Source: Harriotta raleighana
Lineage: Eukaryota
Assembly: GCA_050575255.1 (NCBI GenBank)
Contig: JBNZDD010013717.1
Coordinates: 5,567,647 to 5,631,646, forward strand
Direction of reading: 5' to 3'
Length of the DNA stretch: 64,000 nucleotides
In this document: piece after piece, positions 25,730-39,340 of the stretch
Layout: every line of letters begins with the position of its first letter
Numbering within the stretch: position 1 is the stretch's first letter
Program-made: the position numbers and the translations under genes
The notes under the pieces: model-generated
What the model saw: the letters and a program-made list of their open reading frames with translations, nothing else
Told to the model about the DNA's origin: nothing
The model's database searches: none

Positions 25730-27189
25730 TAGGTGTGTACGGGAAGGAAACTTGACCAAGGTTTTGCCATGCTGGGAATTGCACCCAGATCTCTTGCTTG
25801 TGAAGCAAGTGCTCTAACCACTGAGGTACACGACTTAAATCAGACTCAGAGGCAAGAGTGCTACAAGATGGCATCTGTAGTTGAAAATCAAAAGCTAAGT
25901 ACGTAATACTTTAAGTAAACCACCCAAGCCATGCATTGTATTTATGAAACGCACAATGATGACATTTATACTTTCAAAATGAAATACTTTATACATCACA
26001 TCAATTCAAGAATGCTTTGGAGTTAAGGTTGTGCAGGGGTCAGATGGTTGATAATTGCTTTGTCACCACAGTAATTGTACTCACTCCAATGTCAAGGCTT
26101 CAGCTGTGTTTGTGCAGACTGGAGTTGTTGCCAAAGGGAGGTGCTCCAAGCTGCCACAATGTTCTATTTGCTTTGAATATTTTGCACAAAGCCAGCAATC
26201 CTGAGAGAAACAGTGAGGCAGGAAGAGAGAGAACAAGAATGACTGGGAGAAGTGAGGCAGAGTAAAACATGAAGGATAAACAAATTTTGTAGAAATGGCG
26301 ATAGAAGAAAAATTGCATTTCATAGCACCTCACTGCAATAAACTATGTCAAGGAGCTTCACGGAGATATTTACCATCAGATGTTGTGGCTGTTCTTGCCA
26401 TTAGCACCAGCAACATCCCCCAAACAACGTGCATGTGAAACATTAATTGTGGCAAGAACAAGAGATTGGTTTAGAGCCCATGGCAGGAAAAGAATTAGAG
26501 CAGCTGCTTGTGATAATATAGTAAGCCTGTTAAAGAGCTCAATAGCAGAACAACAACTTATACTGATAGTGACCCTCCAAGACAATGAAAACACAGGTGG
26601 AGGATAGACAGCAGTGAAAATAAGAAGAAAATGCTGACAGAAATGGAAATACCTGCAGGAATCTGGAAGATATGAGAAATTTAATGCAAGAATTGATGCA
26701 GAAAAGGAAATAGTTTTTTTATTATTATTCTTCGTGTTAATGTATATTAATCTGGAGTTTGCTCTGTAGTTCACTTTGTATGTCATCTCTCTCTCAACTA
26801 CAACAACAAAACTTACATTTGTATAGTGTCTTTCATATTGGACGGACGTCCCAAGGCACTGGACAGTCAGTGTCTTGTCAACCTGTCAGCATCTCAGGAA
26901 TAAAAACAGCAATGAAGATCAGAGACTTGTAAACATCTGTAAGTAGTTCGAGGAGTGACTCCTTTCAAAAATCAATGCACAAAGCAAAGGATGACTGCAT
27001 GTGTGGAATAAATATTACCACTTATCACAGACAGTCAGGACACAACCTCTGTGTATATTTTAACAAGAGCTGCATTCGTTTTGGAATATTCTGATTCTTA
27101 CCCATCCTGAATTTTCTTTTAAGGGTCTTTACAGCATTCCAGTGTAACTGCTGAGGATATAGTAACAATCCATTTGAAATAGCCCTTTA

Positions 27190-27515
27190 TTAAATTGTTG
27201 AGACGTCTCAAAACATTTCACAATCTACTGCAAAGTGAATTGTCTGTACTTTGTAGGTGAAATGCGGTAGCCAATTGTACACAGCAGTGTCCCACGAGCA
27301 GCCGTGGATTTATTGACCAAATATTTTTTGCTTTTGTTTTTTGAAGGGATTATTACTCCTTGGAAAGCAAAATACCAATCAACTAACAACGGTGTTCCCA
27401 TTATACTGGTAAGTAAACAGAGGCGTGTGGATAAGATACCTTGACTAAGGATTCACAGGTCTGGGAGTCGAACCCAACGCTTGAGTATTCTAACCAATAT
27501 GCTACAGGACTCCAA
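27190..27515 (-). mobile_element. tRNA-headed SINE, family B long variant
   Basis: Reverse-complement head 'ggagtcctgtagcatattggttaga...gggttcgactccc'. It carries the same internal segment as 21141-21497. Confidence 0.8.
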
Positions 27516-27944
27516 GGCTGTCAAGATAGTGACAAGCTTTGCAGCTCTTTGTGCGATTGCAGTAAAAGCAAATAAACCAACTTGAACCAAACAACATACG
27601 ACAGTCTGACCTCATAGCCCATAAAGCAGGAGCCACATTTGTACTATCGGATAGTGCATGTATTACTGGCTAGTATAGATGTACTATGGTAGCCCTTAAA
27701 ATAGATCCATTGGATGGATTGTAATTTTCACTATTTCTTAACAGATGTTTCAAGTTAAAAAATTTGTAATGATCACATTTCTAAAACATTAAATGCACAT
27801 ACTGAAAACAATACTGCATTCTCCAGAGAGGCAGTCACTTTTATGTGCACCCCACACAGTGTTAGCTTTTAGAGAGATCAAGAGAGCAAATTGATATTTC
27901 AAACCAATTTATCAATAAGTTTTCAAATATATACAGTTAATCTA

Positions 27945-28368
27945 TAACAATAAAATTACACTTGTATAGCGCTTTTCACGTCAGAAGGAGGTTCCAATAT
28001 GCTGGATAGTCATTATTTAAGACCTGAGCTGGGGTCGGGGACAGGGAGGGTGGAGGGAAAGAAGGGGGATTTGGGGTGACCGATGATAGCGTCAAAAAGG
28101 AGAGTCTTGAGGCGGGATGTGAAGGAGGCTAGGGAGGAGCGAGGCAGAGGGACTTTGGGATGGAGTAGAGTTCCAGAGGTGGGAGGCAGATGGCTGAAGG
28201 CACGCCCGCCAATGGTGGGACGGATGGTTCGGGGTATGTGGATAAGGCCGGAGCTTGCTGAGTGGAGGGGGCGGGCAGGTTGGTAGGGGGTTAGGAGATC
28301 ACAGAAGTTGGGTGAGGTGAGATCGTGGAGGGTTTTAAATGTGAGGACCAGGATCTTGAATTCAATTC
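27945..28368 (-). mobile_element. L2 LINE 3' fragment
   Basis: Tail at 27945-28010, with 'IEFKILVLTFK' and 'GGRAFSH'. Confidence 0.88.
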
Positions 28369-31057
28369 AAGTGTTGCATGTCTTTCTTTACCTAGTTGAA
28401 TGAAGTGAAGGGTCAGCACCACTATGCATAACACCAGCAGGGTTGTAAAGTGTAGACAAATCCACCCCACTGAGTGAGGTCTAAGCAGCATTGATACTAT
28501 AACTACCTTATAACTTACTATAACATTATGTGTCAGGCAACCATTTTCATCTGCACTTCTCTAATTACACAAAATACTTGTATCAGGATTAACTATGACT
28601 ATGAGCTCAGGTTCTGACTTAGAGTTTAAACCCACAACCTGCTGACCCAGAGGTGAGAGTGATACCAGCTGAGTCAAACTGATGCCTAATTTATCTTGGC
28701 TCACACATAGAGCATGGCCACTTGTAAAATAAATCAAAGGGCTTTACCCCGGCAGGAGTCAATACTTACAGAAGAGAAAAGAAAATTGGGGGACAATTAT
28801 GGGAACGATAGAAATGTGGCCTCATGCTATGGCGTGATGTTGGCTTGATGAGTTCAAACTTTGTTGAGATGATCTGATCAATTGCCATTGTACAGGACAG
28901 GCTCATAAATTGAAGAAAATGCACTGACTTTTTTTGTGTCTGGGGAATTGAGTTTCAGGCCATTCTCAGACTCAAACACATAGCAAAATATCAAACAATT
29001 TCACTGTTGAGCTATGCAGTCTGTTCTTTGCCAACATTTGATACAAATAGTAGCTCCATCATCCTCATAAGAAATCATGTATCTGGGCTCACAGTTCTCT
29101 TGTCTATAGATAGGTACTTCTTAGCTCTGTTCCTAAAGCTCTTTGGCAGCAACAGGTTTGTGGCATAAAAATTACATGTTTCTCTATCACTGGGTACGAG
29201 TGATTTGAAAAGCAGGATGTGGGGAATGTTTGCACCACATACAGGAAGAAGCCTCAACACAGAGAATTGAGCATTGCCAACAGAACATAAATATAGATAG
29301 ACAGTTAGATAGGTGGCATTTGACAAAAAACAAATCCTTCCCTTGACAAATAACATGTCAGTTTAATATTTCGCCTTTTATGGAAATGTCTCACACATTT
29401 ACTTTTGAAGTGCAGTGCTTGTCCAGTGCCTTGGAATGTCCTCCTGACGTGAAAGGCGCGATACAAGTGTAATTTTGTTGTTGTATTTTGTTTTTGTTGT
29501 TATTTTGGGGCAAAGGCAAATCTTTGAATTGAGGAAAATTCTAAAATCCAGTCTAAATTTGAAGCCAGTTGTTTTCAAGAACTGGGTTCCAAACTAAGAC
29601 TCAATTTAAGAATTGTTCTTAATTCTGCACAATTTTACATTTTAAAACAAAATGTTCTTGCAGACTAAGATTAGGGGATTTAGGATCTTTACACAGGTAT
29701 GTGACAAAAGCAAAATAATTAAAAGTAAGAACACTTCCAAAATAATTCTTTATTTTTAGCTAATTTCTTTATTTTGTTGGTTTTATTATTTCTTATGTGT
29801 TTCCTTAATTTTTTTCAATTCTTCTCAATCATTGGCTCTTTTGTAGTATACTTTTCATTATATTCTATCTCTTTTTCTTGTATTTTCTTTATTAATAACA
29901 TTAAATCTTATTTTTTAATCTGTCTTAATTAACTTTAAAATTTCTTTAAAATTATTTCTGGTCAATTATTTTACAATTTGTGTGTATTTCTGATTGTATT
30001 TTTCACTCTGCATTTTCCTCCGTATGTTTCATCTAATAGTACTCGCCTGCCCTGAGCTCATTGTTAAGTTAAAATTGCATCCTGTGGATTAAAGTAAACA
30101 TTTAATAATCATAAAACAACATTTGAAGCTCTTAACAATAAGAAATGCAGGGAAAGTATAACACCATTATCTATATACTGTAGATGTGAACAGTTTGCTC
30201 AATAAAAGTTGACTTTTAAAGTTTTGTTTGGCTCAGAACATAAACTTTCACTGGACCTGTCTGAGAGGCATTGGCAAAGCTCATCAATCTACTTTATCGA
30301 CTGTTCTTTCTCTAAGAATAGAAGGAATTTCCAACATTTTGAATGAAAAAATTCACTCAATTCTACTCAGGAAAGGCTGAGTGCCTGTAAGCTCTTGGGT
30401 TTGAACAAGTTGTACTGTTCCAGTCAAGCATAAAGCGTATGGAATGTTTATGCTAGTCTACACAAGGAAATGTTCCTGTCTCACTCCCACATTCCAAGGA
30501 TGGCTTTGGTTTGGCTGAGCTGGAACAGTGTTCACAGTGGGAAGCATTGCATCTTGAACATCTTTGTGAACATTAAAGTATATGAAGGATATCATTTGAT
30601 TGCTGTGATGAAGCACTCCAATGTTTTTCAGCGGTCCTCTGCATGTATTGAAAGATGGTACTGCAGTAAAAATGTAACTGGTCTTGTAACCTAAAGGTTA
30701 TACGTTTAAAAATGAATTGAAAAGATATGGTCATTTGAGCTGTGACAAAAAGTATGTTGGATTGTTGCAACAATTCCTCTCTGGAACTCCATGTCAGATT
30801 CCCTCCGACTCACCCCTTCCCTCATTTCTTTCAAAATCTTTCAAGACCTACCTCTTTCAGTCTCTTTCCACTCCGAGCTCAGGTGGCAAGCCGGGATTGT
30901 TAAGCTTCTTGGGTTGTCCACCCAACTTGAAATGCACAATATCAATTTGTATTGTATTATAATAATGTAACATGCTATCCAATGTCCTGCAGGGAAGGAA
31001 ATCTGCTTAGATGTGTTACCAGTCCCACACTATGCTGTTGTCTGTTAGTTATCACAA

Positions 31058-32322
31058 GTGATGTCCTCTCTATCTGTGACTAGGGTTCCCTTTGCCTCCT
31101 TGTTCTCCTGGACCTCTCAGCCGCGTTTGACACGATCGACCATGCCATCCTCCTCCATTGCCTGTCCTCCGTCATTCACCTCAGTGGGACCGCATTCGCC
31201 TAGTTCGAGTCCTACCTCACAAACCGCCGCAGTACATCGCCACAAATGTCTTTTCTTCCCGCTCTCACCCGGTTACCTGTGGGGTACTCCAAAGATCCAT
31301 CCTTGGCCCCCTCCTCTTCCTAATCTATATGCTCCCTCTTGGTGATTTCATCTGCAGACATGGGGTACATTTCCGCATGTATGCGGATGACATCCAACTC
31401 TATTTTTCCACCTCACTTTGCAACCCCCAGTCCCTCATGTACTGTCAGCCTGCCTGTCAGACATCAGGAGCTGGATGAGTGTGAAATTCCTGCAGCTGAA
31501 TGTTGACAAGACGGAAGCCATACTCTTTGGCTCTCGTCATCGTCTTCAGTCACATGGCTCTCCCCAATTCCACCTACCTGACCTGCCCCTAAATCTCTCC
31601 AAACCGGTACGCAACCTTGGCGTCAAGTTCAACCCTCAACTGTCCTTCCTCCCCCACATCCAGTCCCTCACCAGCACTGCCTTTTTCCATCTGCAATGTA
31701 TTGCCCGTCTCTGGCAATACCTTGCCCCAAAAGCCCCTGAAACTCGGGTCCATGCCTTTGTCACTTCTCAGCTGGACTACGCAAATGCACTCTTTGCTGC
31801 TCTCCCCTCCACCATAATCCATAAAATCCAGCTCATTCAGAAGTCTACCATCCACATTCTCACCTGTACCAAACTTCGCTCTCCGATTACCCCAGTCCTT
31901 GTCAGACTTCACTGGCTCCCTGTCCCGAAGAGGAATTGATTTCAAGATTCTCACTCTTGTTTTCAAATCTCTCACTCCTCTGCACCCCCTACCACTCTGA
32001 CCTCTCTCCCCAACACAGCACCCGTTGCCTTCGCTCCTCTGGTTCTGCTCTCTTCCTTGTCCCCCGAATCCTCCGCTCCACTATCAGCGGCCGTACCTTC
32101 AGCCACTATGCCCAAAGCTCCGGAACTCCTTTCCTCACTCCCTTCTCCTCGCCCCCTCTCTTCCTAGTTAAAGATTTCAGCTGAAGACCTATCTTTTCAA
32201 CCGCGCTTTCGCTCATCTTTTTCCCCCTCGCCCTGGCTCGGGCGCGGGATCCGTTATTGTGAAGCGATCTGAGACACCATCCAGTGTGCAGGGCGCTGTA
32301 TAAATCAAAGTTGTTGTTGTTG
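31058..32322 (+). mobile_element. L2 LINE, RT domain to 3' end (frameshifted, dead)
   Basis: Peptides 'LLDLSAAFDTIDH', 'GVLQRSILGPLLFLIYM', 'MYADDIQLY', 'FLQLNVDKTE' and 'LHWLPV', plus a subtype-2 tail 'gggcgctgtataaatcaaagttgttgtt'. Confidence 0.95.
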
Positions 32323-32689
32323 TTAATGCTCTCATAAATGATGTAACAAATCACTTATTGAGGGGGGGTATTCAGGGAAGGAAATCAGGGATTGTCAATT
32401 ATTGCTGCCCTGCGAGCATCGCCTACATCCTGAACTCTCATCAGAAAGTCTGGTGTAATTTGGGAATACAGTATGTTGTTTCAGGAGTAACCACAACAGT
32501 TATCTTCAAATCTGGAACCTTTTAACCGAGATACATCCAACTCTATTTCCAAGAAAATGTTTGAAAGCATTTCTGTTATGAATTTGTTTTTGTATCGCAA
32601 TTTGTTACCTACGTATTGTATCTGCTCATTGTGAATCCCATTAAAGGAAACATTTTAATCTATCCCAGTTTATTGTGTACAGTATAGAG

Positions 32690-33960
32690 TACAACAAAAT
32701 TACACTTGTACAGCACCTTTCACGTCAGGAGGACATCCCAAGGCACTGGACAGTCATTACTTCAGACCCGAGCTGGGATCGGGGACGGGGCGGGTGGAGG
32801 GAAAGGGGGGGGATTTGGAATAGGACCGCTGAAGAGGAGGGTCTTGTGGCGGGACTTGTAGGAGGCTAAGAGTGTGCAAGGCGAAGGGTCTGTGGGATGG
32901 ACTTCCAGAGATCAGAGGGATGGACTTCCAGAGATCAGAGGCAGAGTGGCTGAAGGCTCGCCCACCAATGGTAGGCTGGTGGGTCGGGGAGCATGAAGCT
33001 GGGCGGAGCTTGCTGAGCGGAGGGGGCAGGCAGGTTGGTAGGGAATTAGGAAGTCGCAGAGGTAGGGTAGAGTAAGGCCATGGAGGGCTTTGAATGTGAG
33101 GACCAGGATCTTGAATTGAATCCTCTGGGTGATGGGAGCCAATTGAGTCGGGCGAGGATGCGGGAAATGGGGTCAGGATTTGGTCTTGTTGACGTTCAAC
33201 TGTTGAAAATTAGCTCACATCCATGATTTGATGTTCAAAGGGACATCTGTCAGGACAGTAGTAGTCCTGGAGTCGAGGGTAGAGGCAGAAAGATAAAGTT
33301 GGGTGTCATCCGCATACATACGGAAGTTGACCCCATTTCTGTGGATGATGTCACCAAGGGAGAGCATTTAGATACTAAAAAATAGGGGGCAAAGGACAGA
33401 GTCCTGGGATGCCAAAGGTGACAGTGTGGGGATTGTAAGAGAAGCCATTGGTAGTGATAAAGTGAAGATGGTGAGAAAGGTAGGAGTCGAACCAGGTGAA
33501 GGCAGATCCATGAAGATTGAGCTTCATGGAGGAGAGGAGGTGTAAGAGGATGGAGTGGTCGACAATGTCGAAGGCAGCAGAGAGGTCAAGGAGGCAGAGA
33601 GAGCCCTGATCATAAATGTTTAAAATGTTGTTAGAGACTTTGACCAGGGCTGTCTCCTTGCTATGGGCAGCACGGAAGCGGGATTGTAGGAGTTCAAAGA
33701 GGGAATGGCGAGAGAGAAAGGAACGAAGCTGGGAAGCAACAACTTGTTCCGGGGCCTTAGAGAAGAATGGGAGGTTGGAGATGGGGCGGTAGCTGGAGAG
33801 TAGGGATGGGTCCAGCAAAGATTTCTTCGGGATGGGGGTGAGGACAGCAGTTTTTAGAGGGATGTGAACAGTGCCGGTGGATACATAGAGGTTGATTATG
33901 TCAGTTAGGATGGGGGCTAGGAGATGGAGCTGGGAGGTGGGGTTGGGATAGAGGGAAATT
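32690..33960 (-). mobile_element. L2 LINE, RT domain plus 3' end with an internal deletion near 33180
   Basis: Peptides 'YRPISNLPFFSK', 'ETALVKV' and 'LLDLSAAFDIVDH'. Reverse complement 'tatgcggatgacacccaac' encodes YADD. The tail lies at 32690-32755. Confidence 0.95.
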
Positions 33961-34370
33961 TCAATGTGAAAGTGCCATACTTGTACGAAACTTTCAGTCT
34001 TGTTTAGATACTCTGAAATATAGTAATGATGAGGTTTTCAATGCATTAGACACCCTGTTGACCAAAAGAGCAGAAGCTGGAATAGCGATGTACTGTATAT
34101 TGCATAACGTGCGCTTCAGATGAAGCATTAAACCAAGTTCCTGACTGCCTGTTCAGTGGAGATGAAATATCCCATGACATTATTTGAAAAGAGAAGAAGG
34201 TTTCTCTTAGTGTCCTGGCCAACAACCCTCCAGGTGAATTCGTCATTCAATTCATGGCAGTTCGTGGGATATTGCTGTATACAAATTGACTGGCACTCTC
34301 CCCTGCAAAATACACAATCACTTCACTGAAATATTGTTGTTAATGTTATAAGCATCAATGTATCAAAATG

Positions 34371-34790
34371 TCTGGCTCAGTGATAACACTCTTGCCTCTG
34401 CATCAGAAGGTTTGGGTTCAGGCCCCACGTCTGGTCTTGGAATCACATTGTCTAAGCTGACAGTCTAATGCAGTGCTTGGGGTGCGTTGCATTGTCANCG
34501 ATGTTGTCAGATGAGACATTAAACAGAGGCCTTGTCTCCTTGTTCTGGTGGATGTTAAAGATCCCATGGCACTATTCAAAAAGAGGATTTTCTCCGAGTG
34601 TCCTGGCGAACAATCTCCCAAATAAAATTGTTCATTCCCCCCATGGTTGTTTGTGGAACATTGCAGTGCACAAAACTGGCTGCAGTGTTTCGCCCACAAC
34701 ATCTACACAATCACTACACTTTCAGTATACCCTATGAAGCACTTTGAAATGTTTCAACGATGTGATAAAGCACTGCACTGAAGGCAAAGA
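34371..34790 (+). mobile_element. tRNA-Deu-L2 SINE (family A), near full length
   Basis: Head 'tggctcagtgataacactcttgcctctg...gggttcagg', Deu core 'gatgagacattaaacagaggcc...ggtggatgttaaagatcccatggcactatt' and an L2-like tail. Confidence 0.88.
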
Positions 34791-34849
34791 CTTTTTGTAA
34801 AAGAAGTCCCAGCGATTACTAGTGTTTGTTGAACAGTTCATAATAAATC

Positions 34850-35152
34850 AGAAAAAGTAAAGTAAACCTAGATCAATAATTTATGATAATTAGACAGAAG
34901 AACAATAGGAGTTTAGAATTGTAAAGGAAAATTTCAGGACAGATAGCAGAAAGTTTTTCTTACGCAGAGATTAATGCATGACTGGAACAGGTTCCCAGGA
35001 AATATGTTAAAAGCCAGGATGCTAGACTCATTTAAAAAACAGTTTGGTGTAGTGTTGGGTGAATGGTTGGTTTGGTGTTCTGGAGGAATGAGAATGGATG
35101 GTGCCAAAGGGCTTTCTTCATCCGGATCAATCTTGTGATCTTATGATCTTGT
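34850..35152 (+). mobile_element. CR1 LINE 3' end
   Basis: 'FRTDSRKFF..QR..WNRFP'-like coding, ending in a short tandem tail (gatctt.t)n. Confidence 0.75.
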
Positions 35153-35315
35153 GAAACCATTTCATTCAGAATACAACAAAAATACAATGACAAAATTACA
35201 TTTGTATAGTGCCTATCATGTCAGGGATGTCCCAAAGCACTGATAGCTGAATAGAAAGAAAAATGAACAGAAAAAAAATTCCTAAAGTAAAATTGCCTCT
35301 TTTCTGATAAAGAAT

Positions 35316-35661
35316 TTGCTAGGATTTGACGACAACTTGTAATTTATCACTTTACACCATCACTTCTTTATAAATGATTTTTTTTTCCACTATTAAAACT
35401 CTCTTCTAAAATGAAATGGAAGATCCCCATCCCCGATGAGAGGGAAAGGAAGATTCTCAGTGATATTTCTTTAACAGGTACAGATGTCAGGCCAACAGTT
35501 ATTTTGCAGGGAGCAACACAGCAATCAGTCCTGCACAAGTAGTTTCCCACGTGAAGGGTTTGTAAAGTACTCAGAGGTCAGCGTTCCTATGGTGCAGAGC
35601 CTGTCAAAAAGAAGTGATGGTGTAAAGTGATAAATTACAAGTTGTCATCAAATCCTAGCAA
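35316..35661. repeat. 54-bp inverted repeat (arms 35316-35369 and 35608-35661), 238-bp spacer
   Basis: The arms are reverse complements at 53/54 positions. Confidence 0.95.
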
Positions 35662-36476
35662 TGGTTAGATAGCCAGGACTTGTATTATCATGCATGTGCC
35701 AATGCAGTGAAGAGCACATGGGTTAAATCTGGGCAGAATGGCAGCCCACAATCAAAGGACTTGGAGCTCTTTGCATTCCTTGTGACTGAGTAACTACATG
35801 TTTGATTAAATGTGCACTCAGTTTATGGGAAACCATTTGAACTTTATAAAAGGTCAATTAGGACACGACTGTGTTGCATGAAAAGTCATGACAAACTTAA
35901 ATCATTTAATTTAAATAAAAGGAACAGCACCCCTTGTTACTGACCTACTTAGAGCTTAATGTGAAACTATAAATTGTCAAATTTATTACCTTTTTGAAAC
36001 ACTCCCAGTTCATTATAGCTACAGTATTTTAAGAACTCAGTCAGAACTCCAAGCTCGGCTTTTAGAGACTTGTGGAAGATGATGATTGATTGCTGAAGCA
36101 TTACTTCATCTCCTATGATTAGATTTGATTCATTGAACTTTAAGAAATACAAACAACTAGGGTAAAATGTTTTATATTTGTATCAGGGATATTTATTTCA
36201 CTATAGACTGCTGAATTTTGCTCCCTCTGTGCCTCTATTGAAAGATTTGATCCCAAATAAGTACACTGGTAACTGTAGCACCCAGGCAAGGAAGGTTGTA
36301 GGTTTGATCACAGTTGTTCGAGTTAGCTGATTTTATTTGAGATAGCAATAGTGATGCTACAATTGACTTCACCTAGGATTCCTGCACCCAAACCCTATCT
36401 AACAAACCTTGCTGCATTTACACACAGAAGCGGATGGGATTGAAATTGGCTATGATAACTTTTGTGGTTGAATTTT

Positions 36477-36725
36477 CAACAACAGCAACTTGCATTTATA
36501 TATTGCCCTCCATGCAGGGCTGTGTCTCAGAGTGCTTCACAATGGCAGAGCCCTAGGTCAAGCCAGGAGGAAGGGGAAGGTGACCATAAGCATGGTTCAA
36601 GAGAAGTGCTGATGAGGGATTGGATGTGGATGAGGAAGGATAACTGGGGATCAAACCTGACGCTTACATTGCACACAGGTTCAGAGAGTTTTAAGGACAG
36701 GTTGGGTAGTTTGAGCCTCCTAGCA
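36477..36725 (-). mobile_element. Internally deleted L2 (subtype-2 tail) nested in an old SINE-like repeat
   Basis: 'VCNVSVRFDPQLSFLIHIQSL' is joined directly to the tail. The host repeat continues at 36270-36470 and 36725-36800. Confidence 0.7.
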
Positions 36726-38179
36726 CTCAGTGTCAAGGCTCACACATAATAATGGAGGGCACCAGTTACTTGTAAAACCATGGGTGAAAAACACCAGTAT
36801 TGCTGGTGATAATTAACACATTCTAAAACATTCTGCTCAGGCATTGAAATTGTGGCATCTGTACAGAATAATAAATAATTCAAGTTAATCCAATGTGCAA
36901 CTGCTGTACATGTACACCAAGTAGATATTCATGTGTCACCAAAGAGAATATTATTTATTTATCTATGCCTATTCTCTCCATGTCAGTAATTAACAATTAA
37001 AATACTGCATTTGAGAGTAGCTCACATTTTTTGGTTGTGATGACTATATTTCACTATTTTTCTGATATTTGTAGAATACTGTCCAATAAGGCACTATGGC
37101 TCCAGCCTTGCAATAAAAGTAAAGACATTTTTATTTATTTACTCCTCAACATTTCAGATGTTATAGTGCAAAGCAATGTAAACATTAAACCAAAGACTCA
37201 ATAAAGATCAGTTTAATACAAGCAGAAAAATTGCTGTTATGCATGAGTTCAGATTCTCTGTAAAATACTGATAAGATTATTACGCTCCAACACATTATCT
37301 TGTATGAAGGGTGCCTTATAAATGCGATGTTAATGTTGATGACTCAGGTTTGAATTTTTTTTAATTACTCTCTGGAAAGACAACATACCCATTATTAGAA
37401 CTAAATAGGTAATATAATTTTAAATCACATCTTTAACCAGGCTTCCTGCTGTTTCTGAATTGAGGATATTTTGTAAACAGAACCGTTGAGATTACACGTA
37501 AACACTCAGGCATTCGGAAAAATGAAATGCTGAGAACTACCAGGTCTGTGGCAATGGTTTTTGTGCTCAGTGCTGCTGACAATACACAACACCTGTGACT
37601 GGGAGAAGATTGACATTTTTGAGTATCTTTTCTGTAAGATGAAAACATTTGTTTGTAACTTGAAAGATTTATTCCCAGCTGGTCGCATTCAATTTGCACC
37701 CGGATCCACCCCTAGCCTGGCTCCACTCCCAGATTTTGTATGATTCCAAGACACAGCACAAAAATACCCAGGTCAAAGTACCTTCTGAACTGTGGAATTT
37801 TGAGTGACTGCCCCCTTCATGCCTATAACAAGATTTTAACAAGTTTAATTTGTCGATTTTTTTCCTTTTGGTGAACAATTTTACATGGCAGAGTATTGGG
37901 AATAATCTTTAATATAAGATTAATGTTAACTCCCAATACTGTATTACATACTACAGCAAAAGGCCTGACATCGTATCTAGTTTTAGCCATTTTGTTTTAA
38001 AATGTGAGACCGACCATGATTGTGGAAAATTCTTCAATTCAGTCTTAATGTGGAAACTTGTTCTTAATGCCGAAGATAGTTTCCGGAAGTCTGCCTTCCA
38101 CGTTATTGTTGAATTTAAGAATTTTGCATAATTCCCTATGATCTGAAACTTCAAGACAAAATGCTCTCGCAGCCTGTCA

Positions 38180-38600
38180 GCCTGGCTCAGTCAGTGACAC
38201 TCAGCTCTGAGTTTGAAGGTTATGGGTTCAAACCTCACATTGAGACTTTGAGCTCATTGCCTTAGGCTACAACTCCAATCCGATATTGGAGCATGCTGTA
38301 ATGTTGGAGGTGCCGTCTTTCGAATGAGACATTAAACCGAGGATGTGACTTCTAGTTTTGATGGATTTTAAACAACCCATCACCCTATTTGAAACGAGAA
38401 GAGTACTTCTCCTAGTGATCTGATAAATTATCGTTTTTGAAAAAAACAATTCACTTTGGGACTGATTTGGAGGATAGTATTGTAAGTAAATATATGCCAC
38501 ATTTGGCTACAAATACATAGTCAATATAACTTACAGTGAAATGTGTGAAGCACTTAGAGATGTCGAGGCATGATAAGGTGTTTCATCAAGTGCAAAGGTT
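38180..38600 (+). mobile_element. tRNA-Deu-L2 SINE (family A)
   Basis: Deu core 'tgttggaggtgccgtctttcgaatgagacattaaaccgagg', with a tRNA-like head and an L2-like tail. Confidence 0.85.
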
Positions 38601-39340
38601 TAAATTAAGACCAGCTGGAATTTCAAGCCTATGGTCTTTATAAATAGAAAGCTGCTGAAATTTTCACCAGAAGTCATGTATTCATTTGACAACTCCACAT
38701 ACGCCAATCTATCTGAAGCGTTACACTTTGCATTCATGGATGATTTGTGAACTTGAAAGAGGGTCTCCCCCTATGTAAATAGTGGTTCAGTGCTTTAGTA
38801 ACAGTGGAACAGGAGTAGGGTCACTAACAGATCACTAACAAACATGTCAGTTTGCAGAGCTTTTCTGACAGATACAATCTATGCCTGGAGATTTTCCAAT
38901 CTTTTACCCACGGGATCCTTACTCAACACTCGTACCCATGTCCAGAAGGAGGTCATAGGAAGGAAAAGGGCAAACACAAGGCCAACATAAATAATTAGCT
39001 CTTCACCCTTTTCCTCCTTTCAAATCCATCTATCCTCGTACTTCCTGTGGCTATAAAACTCACAATCCCATTCTCTGTTAATGTAAAAGAGTCACATGCT
39101 TGAAGTAATAATTGCCTTGTGAATATAAGGCAAGAAAAAATTGTAATCTGTATAGTGATATGTGTGAGAAAGAGGCATTGATTTATCCTTATTTTTAATT
39201 TAGTGCCTTCTTACATCATCGAAAAATCACAACACGCTTTACAGATTTACTGTAACCTGCAGTGATTATGTCCCATTTCTCCCTTCTCTTTTTGAATAGT
39301 GCCAGTGTATCTTTAACGTCTATCTGAACAAGCAGATGGT

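Noticed and set aside
31158-31939. Reverse-transcriptase-like ORFs as a host gene or novel RT system
   Set aside because: They are frameshifted, 5'-truncated L2 ORF2 with a standard L2 tail, and many related dead copies occur in the window.
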